A stretch of 64,000 nt of DNA from Candidatus Auribacterota bacterium (GCA_026392035.1 JAPLCX010000059.1:82-64081); one strand, 5' to 3'; shown: positions 33,991 through 43,749, numbered from the stretch's first letter. Notes: generated by a model from the letters alone, not told the origin. Numbers and translations: made by a program.

Positions 33991-35451
33991 ATGAACCCCG
34001 ATATGAGGGATGTGGAGGAATCAGATTCCGGCGAGCGCTGCTCAACCCACCGCCCCCAACGGGTTTTTTATCTCCCACTCACGGAAAGGGTCATCCGCTG
34101 CCTCTGGTACGCTCAGCATCTCTATCTCAAGAGAAAAATCACCGCGCTGGACGGCCGAACGATTCAGGTAATCTCCCCCGGCTATTGGAACACGGGACGA
34201 GGCCCGGATTTTCTCCATGGTGTGTTCTATCTGGGAAAGGGCAAGAAGCTGTGCGGGGACGTGGAGATTCACCGGGAACAGGCCGACTGGAAGGCTCACG
34301 GTCATCAGGCCGACCCCTTTTTCAAGAATGTGAGGCTCCATGTATTCATGGGGACGCATTCCAAGAATGGCTCATGTCGTGAGCTCGGGGGAAAGAGAAT
34401 CACTGAGGTGTGCCTGCTGAAGCAAATGCGCAATGACCTGAGGGGCCTCATCGGTGCAATCAACCCCGAGCGGTATCCCTATGCGGTGGATGTCGCGAGA
34501 GGGCGGTGCAGTTCGGTTTTTAAGAAAGTGGGTGAGCGGACAGCCGTCAGGGTGCTCCGCGAGGCGGGCGAGAAGAGGCTCGCCCGAAAGGCAGTAAGAG
34601 TCGGCGCGCTGGCGCGAAAGCTGGGAGAGGAGCAGGCGATATACCGGCTGCTGCTTGAATCGCTGGGATACGCGTCCTGCAAGAAATCTTTCGCTCAGCT
34701 CTCAGAGCGGCTCCCATGGAAGTTATTGCGGCGGATCGTGGTTAAGAGCAGAGGGGATTCAGGACAAGCCCGCGTGGAGGCAGCGCTTCTGGGGATCGCC
34801 GGCCTGATCCCCGATCGGCCCGCCCCAGGGTGGGACAGCGAATCGAAGCGTCACTGGGAAAAATCGTACCGCGCGTGGGAGAACCTTCAATCCCATTGGG
34901 GACTTAAACCGATGGATGGCGTGATCTGGAAAAGGTGGGGGAGTAGACCTGCCAACAGCCCCCATCGGAGAGTGAGCGCGATCGGCCCCCTCTTATCCCA
35001 CGCCGCGGAGAGCGGCTTGGCAATGACCATTCTCCCACCCAATTTAAAGATGGACAGACATTCGCTGGAAGATCATTTCCGAGAACTCCTGGGCGGGCAT
35101 AGAGATCTATTCTGGCAGCGCCATTACACCTGGGGAGGGGAAAGGCTTTCCAGCTCAACCGCGCTCCTCGGGAGAGACCGGATCCTCGCGATTATTGCAA
35201 CTGTTCTCCTCCCGCTGCTCTCCCACCGAGAAGGAGAGGCTTCAGCCCGCAGGATTCTTAACCAGCTTCCGGCGGGTGCCCCAAATTCCATCACAAGGCT
35301 TATGAGGGCTCGCCTTTTCGGGAACGAGTATGCTGTTGCGCGTTCGGGGGGCATGGCGGCGCAACAGGGATTGATCCAGATTTATAAGATGTACTGCGCC
35401 CGTGACAGATCTGGTTGTCAGAGATGCGGATTCCCATGCAGCATAAAATAA
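33991..35451 (+). CDS. DUF2851-family protein (486 aa)
   Basis: The real start is MNPDMRD, at the ATG after GGGAAGG. The ORF-track N-terminal 120 aa overlap trpG in another frame. Conserved features include IRCLWYAQHL...DGRTIQVISPGYWNTGRGPDF...GDVEIHREQADWKAHGH...NVRLHVFMG. The family assignment is from memory. Confidence 0.5.
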   Translation: MNPDMRDVEESDSGERCSTHRPQRVFYLPLTERVIRCLWYAQHLYLKRKITALDGRTIQVISPGYWNTGRGPDFLHGVFYLGKGKKLCGDVEIHREQADWKAHGHQADPFFKNVRLHVFMGTHSKNGSCRELGGKRITEVCLLKQMRNDLRGLIGAINPERYPYAVDVARGRCSSVFKKVGERTAVRVLREAGEKRLARKAVRVGALARKLGEEQAIYRLLLESLGYASCKKSFAQLSERLPWKLLRRIVVKSRGDSGQARVEAALLGIAGLIPDRPAPGWDSESKRHWEKSYRAWENLQSHWGLKPMDGVIWKRWGSRPANSPHRRVSAIGPLLSHAAESGLAMTILPPNLKMDRHSLEDHFRELLGGHRDLFWQRHYTWGGERLSSSTALLGRDRILAIIATVLLPLLSHREGEASARRILNQLPAGAPNSITRLMRARLFGNEYAVARSGGMAAQQGLIQIYKMYCARDRSGCQRCGFPCSIK

Positions 35452-35582
35452 AAATCGCAGCGTTCGGCCCCGGGAAAGCTGCTGCGATAACTCAAGGGGC
35501 GCAAGAGGCGTCATCGGGGCGCCGCGCGCGCCACATGCACCAGGGAAAATGTACGCCACCAAATAACCCAAGGAGGTAAACC

Positions 35583-36131
35583 ATGTCGAGCCCGGTTGAA
35601 TTGAAGGAAACGGCTGTCGCATCGCCAGAGGATTCCCACCATATCACGCAACGAAAAACGGCATCGCTCATTAAGGCGCTCGGCATTATTACCATCGTCC
35701 TGGGCGCCCTGCCCGTACTCAATTATCTGCTCATGATAATGTATATCCTTCGCGCAATTTTCGCAAAGGGGAGGCCGCCGGAGAGGATGTCGGTTCTGTT
35801 CATCATTATCGCATTCTCGCTGGTGCTGCCGGTCGCCAAGGTCATCGGAGGCTATGGCCTGTTGAAGATAAGGCTCTGGGCGAGAAAACTCACGATCGCC
35901 GTTTTCGCGATCGAATATCTCATAGGCTTCACCGCGGCGATGTTCTTTGGGATTCAGTGCTACCGTCTGCGGCACATGCCGCCCTCGATGTATGATAATG
36001 CGATTACCGTTGGCACGTTGAGCATGCTGCCGACGTACATTTTTGCGCTCGTATCACTGCTCGTTATAGCGCTCCTCACGAGGAATTCCGTGAGAAAAGC
36101 ATTTCCCGGAAACGACACCAGGTCGCCGTGA
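35583..36131 (+). CDS. integral membrane protein (hypothetical)
   Basis: 182 aa with 4-5 hydrophobic helices. Confidence 0.5.
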   Translation: MSSPVELKETAVASPEDSHHITQRKTASLIKALGIITIVLGALPVLNYLLMIMYILRAIFAKGRPPERMSVLFIIIAFSLVLPVAKVIGGYGLLKIRLWARKLTIAVFAIEYLIGFTAAMFFGIQCYRLRHMPPSMYDNAITVGTLSMLPTYIFALVSLLVIALLTRNSVRKAFPGNDTRSP

Positions 36132-36174
36132 CCCACCATGTATCTCGACGGCCACGCTCGTATCGGCTGAGCTT

Positions 36175-36747
36175 ATGGTGAATGCCTTGTATCAATACCT
36201 GTTGATTATCTCGACGCTCCTCCTGTCATGGCTCGGCATGATGCTCGTGCATGAGTTCGGCCATTGTTTTCATGCCTGGCTCAGCGGAGGCGCGGTGACG
36301 AGGGTTGTGCTCCACCCACTCGTCATTTCCCGCACCGATTGTGCAATGAATCCCCATCCGCTTTTAACAGCGTGGGGAGGACCATTGATCGGTTCGCTGC
36401 TCCCCCTCGCGATCCTCCTGATTGCCAGGTTCATGCGCACATCTGTTTGGTACATTTTTCAATTCTTCGCAGGCTTCTGTCTGATCATCAATGGAATTTA
36501 TATTGCCGAAGACTCATTCCTTATGGCGGGGGATGGCGGTGACATGCTCCGGAACGCGATGCCGCGTTGGATCCTGGTCGCGTTCGGCGCCGTCACAGTC
36601 CCGCTTGGGCTCTATCTCTGGAATGGGCTCGGCCCCTCGTTTGGCCTCGGCGAGGCGAAGGGCAATGTCAGCCGGAAGGCGGCGGTAGGTGCTTTTTGCG
36701 CTCTCGCAATCATTGTGCTCGCGGAGGCATTGCTCGCGAGCGGATAG
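36175..36747 (+). CDS. small integral membrane protein with an HEXXH motif (putative zinc metalloprotease-like, M50-like)
   Basis: HEFGHCFHAW sits inside a predicted TM helix. It is 190 aa with 4-5 TM segments. Confidence 0.4.
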   Translation: MVNALYQYLLIISTLLLSWLGMMLVHEFGHCFHAWLSGGAVTRVVLHPLVISRTDCAMNPHPLLTAWGGPLIGSLLPLAILLIARFMRTSVWYIFQFFAGFCLIINGIYIAEDSFLMAGDGGDMLRNAMPRWILVAFGAVTVPLGLYLWNGLGPSFGLGEAKGNVSRKAAVGAFCALAIIVLAEALLASG

Positions 36748-36765
36748 GCGCGCACTGGTAACACT

Positions 36766-37377
36766 ATGGTAGTCAATCAGCTGGCGGTCGGCGGCCTCGA
36801 CTCAAATTTCTCGTATCTCATCCATGACGAAAGAAGCGGGGACGCGGCGCTCGTGGATCCCTGCGGCGACATGCGGGTCATAGAGAGTGCGGTCGCGGCG
36901 ATAAGAGAGGCACATCCGCGATACATTCTTCTGACCCATGGGCACCGCGATCACTGCTCCGGCGTGACTGCGGTGCGGGAGTTTTTCAATGCGCCGGTTG
37001 CCGCGCACCCCGCGTGCCCCTTCAGGCATAATGTTGACCTTGACAACAGGCAACAACTGCCATTCGGGGCAATGTATATCGAGTGCCTTTATACGCCGGG
37101 GCACTCCGTGGATAGTGTTGTGTACCATCTGAGCGATGATTCCGCACTCTTTACCGGCGATACGCTCTTCATTGACTGGTGCGGCTATTGCGATCCCAGA
37201 GCCATGTTTCACACCATGCGCGAGATTCTTTATCCGCTCGCCGGCGGCAACGAGGTCTATCCGGGACACGACTACGGTCGTCATCCCCATGCGTCTCTCG
37301 AGAGGGAGAAAAAAGAGAACCCCTACCTCTACACTGCCGCGTATGATCAGTTCTGCGAAGAATTGAAAAAATTATAG
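36766..37377 (+). CDS. MBL-fold metallo-hydrolase (glyoxalase II-like)
   Basis: The metal-binding motif HxHxDH is present as LLTHGHRDHCSG. Confidence 0.75.
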   Translation: MVVNQLAVGGLDSNFSYLIHDERSGDAALVDPCGDMRVIESAVAAIREAHPRYILLTHGHRDHCSGVTAVREFFNAPVAAHPACPFRHNVDLDNRQQLPFGAMYIECLYTPGHSVDSVVYHLSDDSALFTGDTLFIDWCGYCDPRAMFHTMREILYPLAGGNEVYPGHDYGRHPHASLEREKKENPYLYTAAYDQFCEELKKL

Positions 37378-37405
37378 GGACTGCTGTCAGGGAGCGGAAA
37401 AACGT

Positions 37406-38683
37406 ATGAGCCCGAAGATCGGCCAACAAATTGAGTGCACCATCGAGAGCCTCGCCTTCGGTGGAGCAGGGGTTGCCCGGCTCGATGGGATGGCGCTCTT
37501 TGTTGAGGATGCCCTGCCTGGAGAGAGAGTAATTGCTGAAATCACAAAGCCGAGCAAGAAATTCGCGCATGCACGCACGTTAAAAATACATGAGCCATCC
37601 GCAGAAAGAGTGGTTCCCCCCTGCCGTTACTACGGCCAGTGCGGCGGTTGCCAACTCCAGCACCTTCGCTACGACGTCCAGGTGGAATGGAAAAAGAAAC
37701 AGGTAGGAGAGCTCCTCAAGAGGATAGGTGGCGTAAGCAATTTTACTCTAACTGACAGCGTGCCTTCTCCGAATCCATATGGCTATAGAAACACCATCCG
37801 CCTGCACCGTATCCCCGGCAACCCATTGCGGTACGGTTATTATTGCAGGGATGGCCGGAGCCTTATCGCGATATCGCGCTGCCTCATCGCCCAGAACGTA
37901 ATCAACGAGATTTTATCAGACCACAAAAATTTCATTGATTCCGGAAGGAGTCCTGCAGAGATTATTTTGCACGCGGGCACCGACGGCAACGTCGCGGTGT
38001 GCACCGGCGGGGGAAACACAGCTGACATTGTTGAAGTTTTGTGCGACACTCGCTTCACAATTCCGCCCGCGTCATTTTTTCAGGTGAACAGAGCAGTCGC
38101 GGCGCTGCTCGTTGAAAAGGTGCGGGGATGGATGCAGTCCAGCCGTTGTCAGGGGACCTTTTTTGATCTCTACTGTGGCGTCGGTGTATTCTCAGTGCTC
38201 CTCGGGAGATCTTTCTCGCGTGTGATCGGGATAGATTGCGATGTGCGCGCCATCGCGCACGCGAGAGTCAATAGCGCCCCGCTCGATGATAAAAGGTTCA
38301 GCTTTATTGCTGGGCAAGTGGAAAGTTCCCTCCCGGGGATATACAAACGCCACATCCTCCCGAGGAGCATCATGCTGCTTGATCCTCCCCGCACGGGAGT
38401 GGGGGAGGGGGTAATCAAATTCCTCAGGGAAGCGGATCGGCGCGTCGAAAAGATCATCTACGTTTCATGCAATCCCGCGACGCTTTCGAGGGATTTGAAC
38501 CGGCTCTGCACGAATAGCCGCTGGCGCCTTGACACGGTAGCAATCTTTGATATGTTTCCCCAGACGGCGCACATTGAGGTATGCTGTTCTATCGTCAGGG
38601 AAAATTGCGAGGCGGGGATCGCCCAAGACATGCCGACGCGCATGAAGCACCACAGACCTAGAGGTCCAGATGAGATTTCTTGA
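37406..38683 (+). CDS. rlmD: 23S rRNA (uracil-C5)-methyltransferase RlmD/RumA family (TRAM + 4Fe-4S + SAM MTase)
   Basis: The N-terminal TRAM domain and the CRYYGQCGGCQLQHL iron-sulfur cluster are present. The C-terminal class I MTase has the catalytic Cys in YVSCNPATL. Confidence 0.8.
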   Translation: MSPKIGQQIECTIESLAFGGAGVARLDGMALFVEDALPGERVIAEITKPSKKFAHARTLKIHEPSAERVVPPCRYYGQCGGCQLQHLRYDVQVEWKKKQVGELLKRIGGVSNFTLTDSVPSPNPYGYRNTIRLHRIPGNPLRYGYYCRDGRSLIAISRCLIAQNVINEILSDHKNFIDSGRSPAEIILHAGTDGNVAVCTGGGNTADIVEVLCDTRFTIPPASFFQVNRAVAALLVEKVRGWMQSSRCQGTFFDLYCGVGVFSVLLGRSFSRVIGIDCDVRAIAHARVNSAPLDDKRFSFIAGQVESSLPGIYKRHILPRSIMLLDPPRTGVGEGVIKFLREADRRVEKIIYVSCNPATLSRDLNRLCTNSRWRLDTVAIFDMFPQTAHIEVCCSIVRENCEAGIAQDMPTRMKHHRPRGPDEIS

Positions 38684-39227
38684 GCTTGTGCGGAAGCGGC
38701 ACAGCGTAAGGAATTACGCCCAGGCTCCCGTGTCGAGAGAAATCATAGACCGATGTCTGGAAGCGGCACGACTCGCGCCGTCCGCCTGCAATTCACAACC
38801 ATGGACTTTTATCGTGATCGATGACAGGAATCTGATCGCTGCGTGTGCGGATCAGGTATTTTCAGGGATGTACTCAATGAACTCCTTTGTCAAAAACGCC
38901 CCGGTGCTCATCGTGGTGATCACCGAACGGTCCGCGTACTCAGCCACACTCGGCGGCTACTTCCGCGGCACGCAGTACAGCCTGATCGACATCGGGATCG
39001 CGTGTGAGCATCTTGTCCTCCAGGCAGCAGAGGAGGGGCTGGGGACGTGCTGGATTGGCTGGTTCAATGAAAAAAAGATGAAGAAACTGCTGGGCCTTTC
39101 GCGCCCGGCGAAGATCGACGTCATCATCAGCATGGGCTATCCCATCGATCAGCCAGCGGGGGGTACACCAAGAAAATCACTGGATCAGATCAGGCGTTAC
39201 CATCCCGCGCACGGGAGCACCCCATGA
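38670..39227 (+). CDS. nitroreductase-family protein
   Basis: RHSVRNYAQAPVSREIIDRCLEAARLAPSACNSQPWTFIV. Confidence 0.8.
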   Translation: MRFLELVRKRHSVRNYAQAPVSREIIDRCLEAARLAPSACNSQPWTFIVIDDRNLIAACADQVFSGMYSMNSFVKNAPVLIVVITERSAYSATLGGYFRGTQYSLIDIGIACEHLVLQAAEEGLGTCWIGWFNEKKMKKLLGLSRPAKIDVIISMGYPIDQPAGGTPRKSLDQIRRYHPAHGSTP

Positions 39228-39874
39228 AATATGATGCGGTGCTCTTCGACCTCGACGGGACACTCCTTGATACCATCGAGGACATCACCAACGCGATGAA
39301 CTCTACCCTCGCGCACCTCGGTTTTCGCGGCCACGAGAGGGATGAATATAAATACCTTGTCGGTGCCGGCATCGAGACGCTCGTCTACAGAGCCCTTCCT
39401 GAAAACCAACGGGATGATTTGACAATAGATCGTTGCCTCACTGCCATGAATGAGCTTTACCGCTCCCAGGGGTTTAGAAACACCACCCCCTACCCAGGCA
39501 TCCCCGAACTTTTAGATTCTCTGCAATCGCGGGACGTCAGGATGGCGGTGCTCTCTAATAAACCGGACGATTCCACGAGGGCGATTGTCTCGACGCTGCT
39601 CCACGGGTGGAAATTTGACGCGGTGCGCGGCTCGCGCCCCCCCGCCCCCCTAAAACCCGATCCCGCGGTGGCCCTGGAGATAGCAGCGCATGTGGGGATT
39701 GCACCCGAGCGATTCATCTATTGTGGTGATACAGATATCGATATGCGCCTGGCACACGCAGCCCGCATGTATCCCGCAGGAGCCCTGTGGGGATATCGCA
39801 CGGCTGAGGAACTGCTCTTGAGCGGCGCGAAGGTGCTGCTCAAGGAACCAGGCGATCTCCTCAATTATCTGTAG
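39224..39874 (+). CDS. HAD-superfamily hydrolase (phosphoglycolate phosphatase-like)
   Basis: Motif I is LFDLDGTLLDT. The protein is 216 aa. Confidence 0.75.
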   Translation: MKYDAVLFDLDGTLLDTIEDITNAMNSTLAHLGFRGHERDEYKYLVGAGIETLVYRALPENQRDDLTIDRCLTAMNELYRSQGFRNTTPYPGIPELLDSLQSRDVRMAVLSNKPDDSTRAIVSTLLHGWKFDAVRGSRPPAPLKPDPAVALEIAAHVGIAPERFIYCGDTDIDMRLAHAARMYPAGALWGYRTAEELLLSGAKVLLKEPGDLLNYL

Positions 39875-39940
39875 TGGGGCACTGATGCAGATTTGCACAG
39901 GTGTGGATGGTGCCGATATATGTGTGGGCTTCCCAGGATG

Positions 39941-39970
39941 CTGCAGCGCACACTTACGCGTGCGCTACAG
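39941..39970. promoter_or_regulatory. imperfect palindrome upstream of rubrerythrin (candidate operator)
   Basis: CTGCAGCGCAC-ACTTACGC-GTGCGCTACAG has 11-bp arms with one mismatch. It lies about 120 bp upstream of rbr. A separate hairpin ACCCGGA-TAGT-CCGGGT follows it. Confidence 0.25.
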
Positions 39971-40092
39971 GGCCCTTGAGAGTACACACCTTTACCCGGA
40001 TAGTCCGGGTGGGAAGCGTCAAAACAACCGTTTGCATCTGTATCGCTTTAGTTTAGAATTAGCAGCAACAATAAGAAAGGAGGGGGAAGAGA

Positions 40093-40668
40093 ATGAAAAA
40101 GCTCAAGGGCAGCAGGACTGAAAAGAATCTTCTGGCTGCATTTGCGGGCGAGTCCCAGGCGCGGAACAGGTACACCTACTTCGCCAGCGCAGCGAAGAAG
40201 GAAGGCTACGAGCAGATTTCCAAAATTTTCCTTGAAACCGCCGACAATGAAAAAGAGCACGCGAAGGTATTCTTCAAGCACCTCGAGGGTGGCGACGCTG
40301 AAATTACCGCCACCTACCCTGCGGGGAAGATACGGGAGACCAGAAGCAATCTCGAGGCGGCGGCGGCCGGTGAGAATCTGGAATGGACAACACTCTACGC
40401 CGATTTCGCGAAGGCCGCGAAGGATGAAGGGTATCCCGAGGCGGCGAAGTCGTTCGAGCAGATCGCGAAGGTGGAGCGCTTCCACGAGTCGCGCTACCGA
40501 AAGCTGATCGATAATATCGTCAACAAGGAAGTGTTCAAAAAGAAAGTTCCAGTCAAGTGGCACTGCACGAACTGCGGTTACGTCGTCGAGGGCACCCAGG
40601 CGCCGGAAAAATGCCCCTCCTGCCTTCACCCGATGAGCTATTACGAGATGCTGGCAGAAAATTACTAG
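40093..40668 (+). CDS. rbr: rubrerythrin
   Basis: The N-terminal ferritin-like diiron domain has ExxH motifs (EKEHAK..., ERFHE). The C-terminal rubredoxin-like domain has CTNCGY...CPSC. Confidence 0.9.
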   Translation: MKKLKGSRTEKNLLAAFAGESQARNRYTYFASAAKKEGYEQISKIFLETADNEKEHAKVFFKHLEGGDAEITATYPAGKIRETRSNLEAAAAGENLEWTTLYADFAKAAKDEGYPEAAKSFEQIAKVERFHESRYRKLIDNIVNKEVFKKKVPVKWHCTNCGYVVEGTQAPEKCPSCLHPMSYYEMLAENY

Positions 40669-40725
40669 CCTGTGGTGGATTGGTGCGCCTCTTCACTAAT
40701 CTGACAGCACGCCGAGAGCACGGAT

Positions 40726-41169
40726 ATGAAGATCGCCCTGGGGGCAGATCACGCGGGATTTCGCCATAAGGAGCGTATCAAAAAATATCTCCTCCAGGGG
40801 GGATACACGGTCGTCGACTTTGGCACGCACTCAGAAAAGCCCGTCGACTACCCAGGAATAATCAGGCCGGTGGCGGAAGCCGTGGCGAGCGGGGACTGCG
40901 ATAGAGGCATTGTGCTCGGCGGTTCCGGGAATGGCGAAGCCATCGTGGCGAACAGGGTGAAGGGAATACGTTGTGCGCTGTGCTGGAATGCAACGACCGC
41001 CCGTCTTTCCAGGGAACACAATGATGCGAACATGCTCTCCATGGGGGAGAGGACCACTCCGCTCAAAGCCACTTTGAAGATAGTGGACGTATGGCTCACC
41101 ACAAGATTCAAGGGGGGCCGCCACAGAAGAAGGATCGAGCAGATCGACGGCGCGTATCGCGCATCCTGA
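40726..41169 (+). CDS. rpiB: ribose 5-phosphate isomerase B
   Basis: MKIALGADHAGF...GIVLGGSGNGEAIVANRVKGIRCALCWN. Confidence 0.85.
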   Translation: MKIALGADHAGFRHKERIKKYLLQGGYTVVDFGTHSEKPVDYPGIIRPVAEAVASGDCDRGIVLGGSGNGEAIVANRVKGIRCALCWNATTARLSREHNDANMLSMGERTTPLKATLKIVDVWLTTRFKGGRHRRRIEQIDGAYRAS

Positions 41170-41200
41170 TCAATGGCGCGGTGCGTGATAGGATTGTCCC

Positions 41201-42097
41201 TTGCGAATTGCCAGCTTGCTTAAAACCGGGAAACCGTTTGTCTCCCTGGAATTTTTCCCACCAAAGGACCGGACGAAGTGGCCCGGCTTTTTCAACGCGG
41301 TGGAGAAGACACTGATCGTAAATCCCCTGTTCGTGTCCGTCACGTATGGGGCCATGGGCAGCACCCGCGCCAACACACTGGAGATCGTCTCCAGGCTCAA
41401 AAAAGAATTCGGTCTGGAAACCATGGCGCACCTGACCTGTGTTGGTGCGTCCGGTCAAGATGTTGGCTCCTATTTAGGAGATCTTGTGCGGGCTGGCGTG
41501 GACAACGTGCTGGCGCTGCGGGGCGACCTCCCCCAGGGAGAGATTACCTTTGCCCCCTCTGCCCACGACTTCACGTGCGCCGCTGACCTGGTGTCCTATA
41601 TCCGCGCTCGTTTCCCCGGCCTGGGAATCGGCGTCGCCGCCTATCCGGAAGGGCATCCGGAGGCTCCAAGCATCGAGAAAGACCTGATTTTTTTGAAACG
41701 GAAACTTGATCGGGGCGCGGATTTCGCCATCACCCAGCTCTTTTTCGACAACGGCCTGTACTGGAACTTTGTACAGCGTGCCAGGGGCATCGGCATCGAC
41801 AAGCCGATTATCCCTGGTATATTGCCGATCGTTAACCTGTCAAATGTCGCCCGCATAATCTCGCTCTGCGGGGCTACCATCCCTGGCCCGTATCTTAAGA
41901 AGCTCCATGATGCGCAGAGAGGGGAGGGGGGAGAGGCGGTGAGGATGATAGGAGTCGAGTATGCCAGAAAGCAGGCACAGGAACTCCTGGACAGGGGGGC
42001 GCCAGGCGTCCATTTGTATACACTGAACAAGGCTGAGGCATGCGTGAGTCTCGTGAGGGGCTTGGATCTTGAAACCAGGAGAGAGCGCCAGGCCTGA
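41201..42097 (+). CDS. metF: methylenetetrahydrofolate reductase
   Basis: FVSLEFFPPKDRT...SVTYGAMGSTR...MAHLTCVG. Confidence 0.85.
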   Translation: MRIASLLKTGKPFVSLEFFPPKDRTKWPGFFNAVEKTLIVNPLFVSVTYGAMGSTRANTLEIVSRLKKEFGLETMAHLTCVGASGQDVGSYLGDLVRAGVDNVLALRGDLPQGEITFAPSAHDFTCAADLVSYIRARFPGLGIGVAAYPEGHPEAPSIEKDLIFLKRKLDRGADFAITQLFFDNGLYWNFVQRARGIGIDKPIIPGILPIVNLSNVARIISLCGATIPGPYLKKLHDAQRGEGGEAVRMIGVEYARKQAQELLDRGAPGVHLYTLNKAEACVSLVRGLDLETRRERQA

Positions 42098-42159
42098 CAT
42101 TCTCTCCTGAGAAGCGAGCGGCTCCTCGTAGCCCGATCGGGGGAATCGTACCATAGAAG

Positions 42160-43044
42160 ATGGACACAGCTTTTTTTATTGTAACCAACCGATGTTCGAA
42201 AAGCTGCTCATTCTGTTTCTATTTCACGCACTCCCTCAGCCATCCTGCCAGTGAGATGGGCGAGAAAGGCCTTTTTAACGCACTTGAGAGGCTCGCGGCT
42301 CTGGGCGTGAGGCAGCTCATCATCACGGGTGGAGAGCCGCTCATCCGCGCGGAGACGGCGGAGCTCATACGCAGGTCGGGGGCCCTCGGGATGACACGGC
42401 TGCTCCTGACCAACGGAGACCTCCTGGACCGGGCGACGGCACGCGGGCTTCTGGACTGCGGGCTCGAGGGGCTTTCCCTCTCCGTGAACAGCCGCGATGA
42501 CGCCCGGAGGCTGGAGGGAGCGGCCGCACTCCTGCGCGGGGCGCCTCGCATGACCCTGACCGCGACGACCGTCTTCACCAGGGAAAACGCAGGGGATCTC
42601 GGAGCGCTCTACGAGTGGGCAAGCCGAAATGGGCTTGGAGCAATCTTCCAACCGGCGTATATCCCGGTAGATTCGAAGCAATTTGGTCCTCTCTCGCCGC
42701 ATCGCCTGAGCAGAACGCAATGGGAAATCGCGGCCACGCTGCTGCGGGAATGGGGCCTCAGGGAACACGTGACTCACTATGTCGATTTTATCCTCAGCCT
42801 CTATGGTCAGGGCGGCGGCGCGAAGCCACGGCGCTGCGCTATGGGCTCGCAGGCCTTTGTGCTCGATTGCGACGGCACAGTATATCCGTGTTTCCATCGC
42901 CGTGACTTGAAGGCGGGGAACGTGTTCCAGACTCCCGAGGAGGTCATTGTAAAGAACCTGGAATATTCCTCCATGGAGACATGCAATGCGCGCTGCTATG
43001 GCGAGCACTGCGTGTCGCTGTTTTATGGTCAGCATTCTAATTGA
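42160..43044 (+). CDS. radical SAM protein with a C-terminal SPASM/twitch-like Cys cluster
   Basis: CxxxCxxC is present as CSKSCSFC. C-terminal Cys residues follow (CAMGSQAFVLDCDGTVYPC...CNARCYGEHC). No precursor-peptide ORF is evident nearby. Confidence 0.7.
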   Translation: MDTAFFIVTNRCSKSCSFCFYFTHSLSHPASEMGEKGLFNALERLAALGVRQLIITGGEPLIRAETAELIRRSGALGMTRLLLTNGDLLDRATARGLLDCGLEGLSLSVNSRDDARRLEGAAALLRGAPRMTLTATTVFTRENAGDLGALYEWASRNGLGAIFQPAYIPVDSKQFGPLSPHRLSRTQWEIAATLLREWGLREHVTHYVDFILSLYGQGGGAKPRRCAMGSQAFVLDCDGTVYPCFHRRDLKAGNVFQTPEEVIVKNLEYSSMETCNARCYGEHCVSLFYGQHSN

Positions 43045-43104
43045 CGTCAAAGCAAGAAGTTAGTACATTCTGTGTAAGGGGAGTAAGGGGAGCAGGGGGG
43101 ACGC

Positions 43105-43612
43105 ATGAAGGCGCTCGTGTTCGATGGCGCTTTGAAATTCAATGCCGATTATCCGAAGCCTGAGCGCGTACCGGGAGAGTCCCTTATAGCTGTTGCCCTT
43201 GCGGGAATCTGTGCCACTGATATTGAAATTGTCAAGGGATATATGGGGTTCCGAGGCGTGCTGGGGCATGAGTTTGTCGGGCGGGTTGAGGAGAGCGACC
43301 GGAAGGAGTTGGTGGGGAAAAGAGTAGTGGGCGAAATCAACTGCGCCTTTCGTGCGCCCTGCGGGGAGGATTATCATGAAAACAACAGTCGCGGAATCCT
43401 CCAGGATACCACTCGCCCGGATGGTCGTCGACGAGCTGTCCCTCATCGGTTCTCGCTGCGGTCCCTTCGGCAGAGCCCTCCAGCTCCTCGCCGATAAAAA
43501 AGTGGCGGTACAATCTATGATCAGCGCCGAATATCCTCTGGAGAGAGGAGTAGAGGCTTTTAAAAAGGCTCAGGCGACTGATACGCTTAAGGTGCTGTTG
43601 ACGATTTCTTGA
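43105..43612 (+). pseudogene. zinc-dependent alcohol dehydrogenase (MDR family) remnant with an internal deletion
   Basis: The N-terminal GroES-like part (MKALVFDG...GICATDIEIVKG...GHEFVGRVEE...GEINC) sits in frame 1. The ADH C-terminus (VDELSLIGSRCGPF...KVLLTIS) sits in another frame from about 43380. The Rossmann domain of about 170 aa is missing. Confidence 0.6.
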
Positions 43613-43749
43613 TGAAAACAGGGCTCAACAGGGGAGGCGTTCGCCGCATGCTCAGGTACACCGCCGGTCATATGGTGGTTGCACATACAGGGGCGCACCG
43701 TGAGCGCACGTTAAAGAAGCTGAGAGGGATTTTCGGGAGGTTCTGAACC

